DNA of 9,626 nt from positions 1 to 9,626 of the forward strand of contig JBHGNT010001346.1 in NCBI GenBank assembly GCA_043228905.1. Reading direction: 5' to 3'. The notes under the pieces were generated by a model that worked only from the letters and a program-made list of their open reading frames with translations, had not been told where the DNA came from and did no database searches. The DNA is from Azolla caroliniana. Taxonomy: Eukaryota; Plantae; Polypodiophyta. Position numbers and translations under genes: made by a program. Shown one piece after another: positions 8,905 to 9,626 of the stretch (position 1 is its first letter; the number at the start of each line of letters is the position of its first letter).

Positions 8905-9273
8905 TGGAAATCCTTAACAACAAAGAATGAATTTAGCTTTTATGTAAGAAAGACAAAATAAAAGACATAAAACGTCTTATGGAAACATGGGTTTCAATAA
9001 GAGGTCTTCTTTATGTGTGCCGGGACATAACCCTTTATTTTTGTGTGTGTAGCGCGAAGTAAACATACATTGACCTGACTGGACATACAACTTTCATCTA
9101 CGAGAGAAACAAGGTGAAGCAGATTTATGGGTGTTTATATGAGGCCCTTCTGTCCGTGGAGAACCACAAGCCATGACTCTCGTGCTTTAAGGACATCGGT
9201 AAGATAGATGATACCATTGTCGAGGTTTATTGTTTTGTTGTGAGACAAGCCCATGTTATGAGAATCTGCCTCA

Positions 9274-9626
9274 CTAATTACCAGTTAGTGGTGGGGATAT
9301 TGTCCTATTAACATCGAAATCCAGTTTCTTGAGTTCTTCCCTCCTTTTGGATAGCAAGATCTCGGAGGACGACTCGACGAGGTCCTTCGGGTTTTGCTTC
9401 CCCAACTTCTCGACGAGTAGTGCATCCCCAAGTTGGTGTTGGAGTAGGTGGAGTGTGACGGATCTTCGGTTTTGCCTCCGGTGAAGAGCCGCCATCAGCA
9501 TGTTGTTCACGGGGACCACGTCCACGAATAGCCGATACATAATGACGGGTAGCGTGGCGGAAACGAAGAATGCGCCGGGGATCGTGCTGCCCAACATGAG
9601 GTTCCGGTAGAGTTCCCGGCAATCGT
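9274..9626 (-). CDS. 3' end of a paralogous ankyrin-PGG transmembrane gene (runs off the window)
   Basis: Frame is open to the window edge. DCRELYRNLMLGSTIPGAFFVSATLPVIMYRLFVDVVPV aligns with ECGELYRWLMWGSTIPGACFVATTVGIIMYRLLVDVLPV of gene 1, and SSEILLS with SSETLLP. Ankyrin repeats are inferred, not visible. Confidence 0.85.
   Translation of the reverse strand, partial: DCRELYRNLMLGSTIPGAFFVSATLPVIMYRLFVDVVPVNNMLMAALHRRQNRRSVTLHLLQHQLGDALLVEKLGKQNPKDLVESSSEILLSKRREELKKLDFDVNRTISPPLTGN

Noticed and set aside
4908-9273. 3' LTR and ATTAA target duplication of the copia element
   Set aside because: No second copy of 1597..1822 found by eye.
1-9626. CRISPR array, RNA genes or a prokaryotic RT-based system
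   Set aside because: No regularly spaced repeats or RNA-gene signatures were seen, and the RT fragments are decayed eukaryotic copia and LINE types.

Overview
Eukaryotic, plant-like DNA. Two paralogous ankyrin-repeat/PGG-type transmembrane genes face each other tail-to-tail: an uninterrupted ORF at 1..1596 (+) and the 3' end of a paralog at 9274..>9626 (-). The ~7.7 kb between them is mostly decayed, nested retroelement debris. It holds a Ty1/copia element whose 226-bp 5' LTR starts on the first base after gene 1's stop codon, two antisense LTR-like segments replacing that element's integrase core, a second copy of its gag/protease region, a Ty3/gypsy integrase relic, a LINE RT relic and microsatellites. 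I see no novel multi-gene system. The best oddities are a compensated double frameshift between the paralogs' tails and the LTR flush against the stop codon. All alignments and counts were done by eye.
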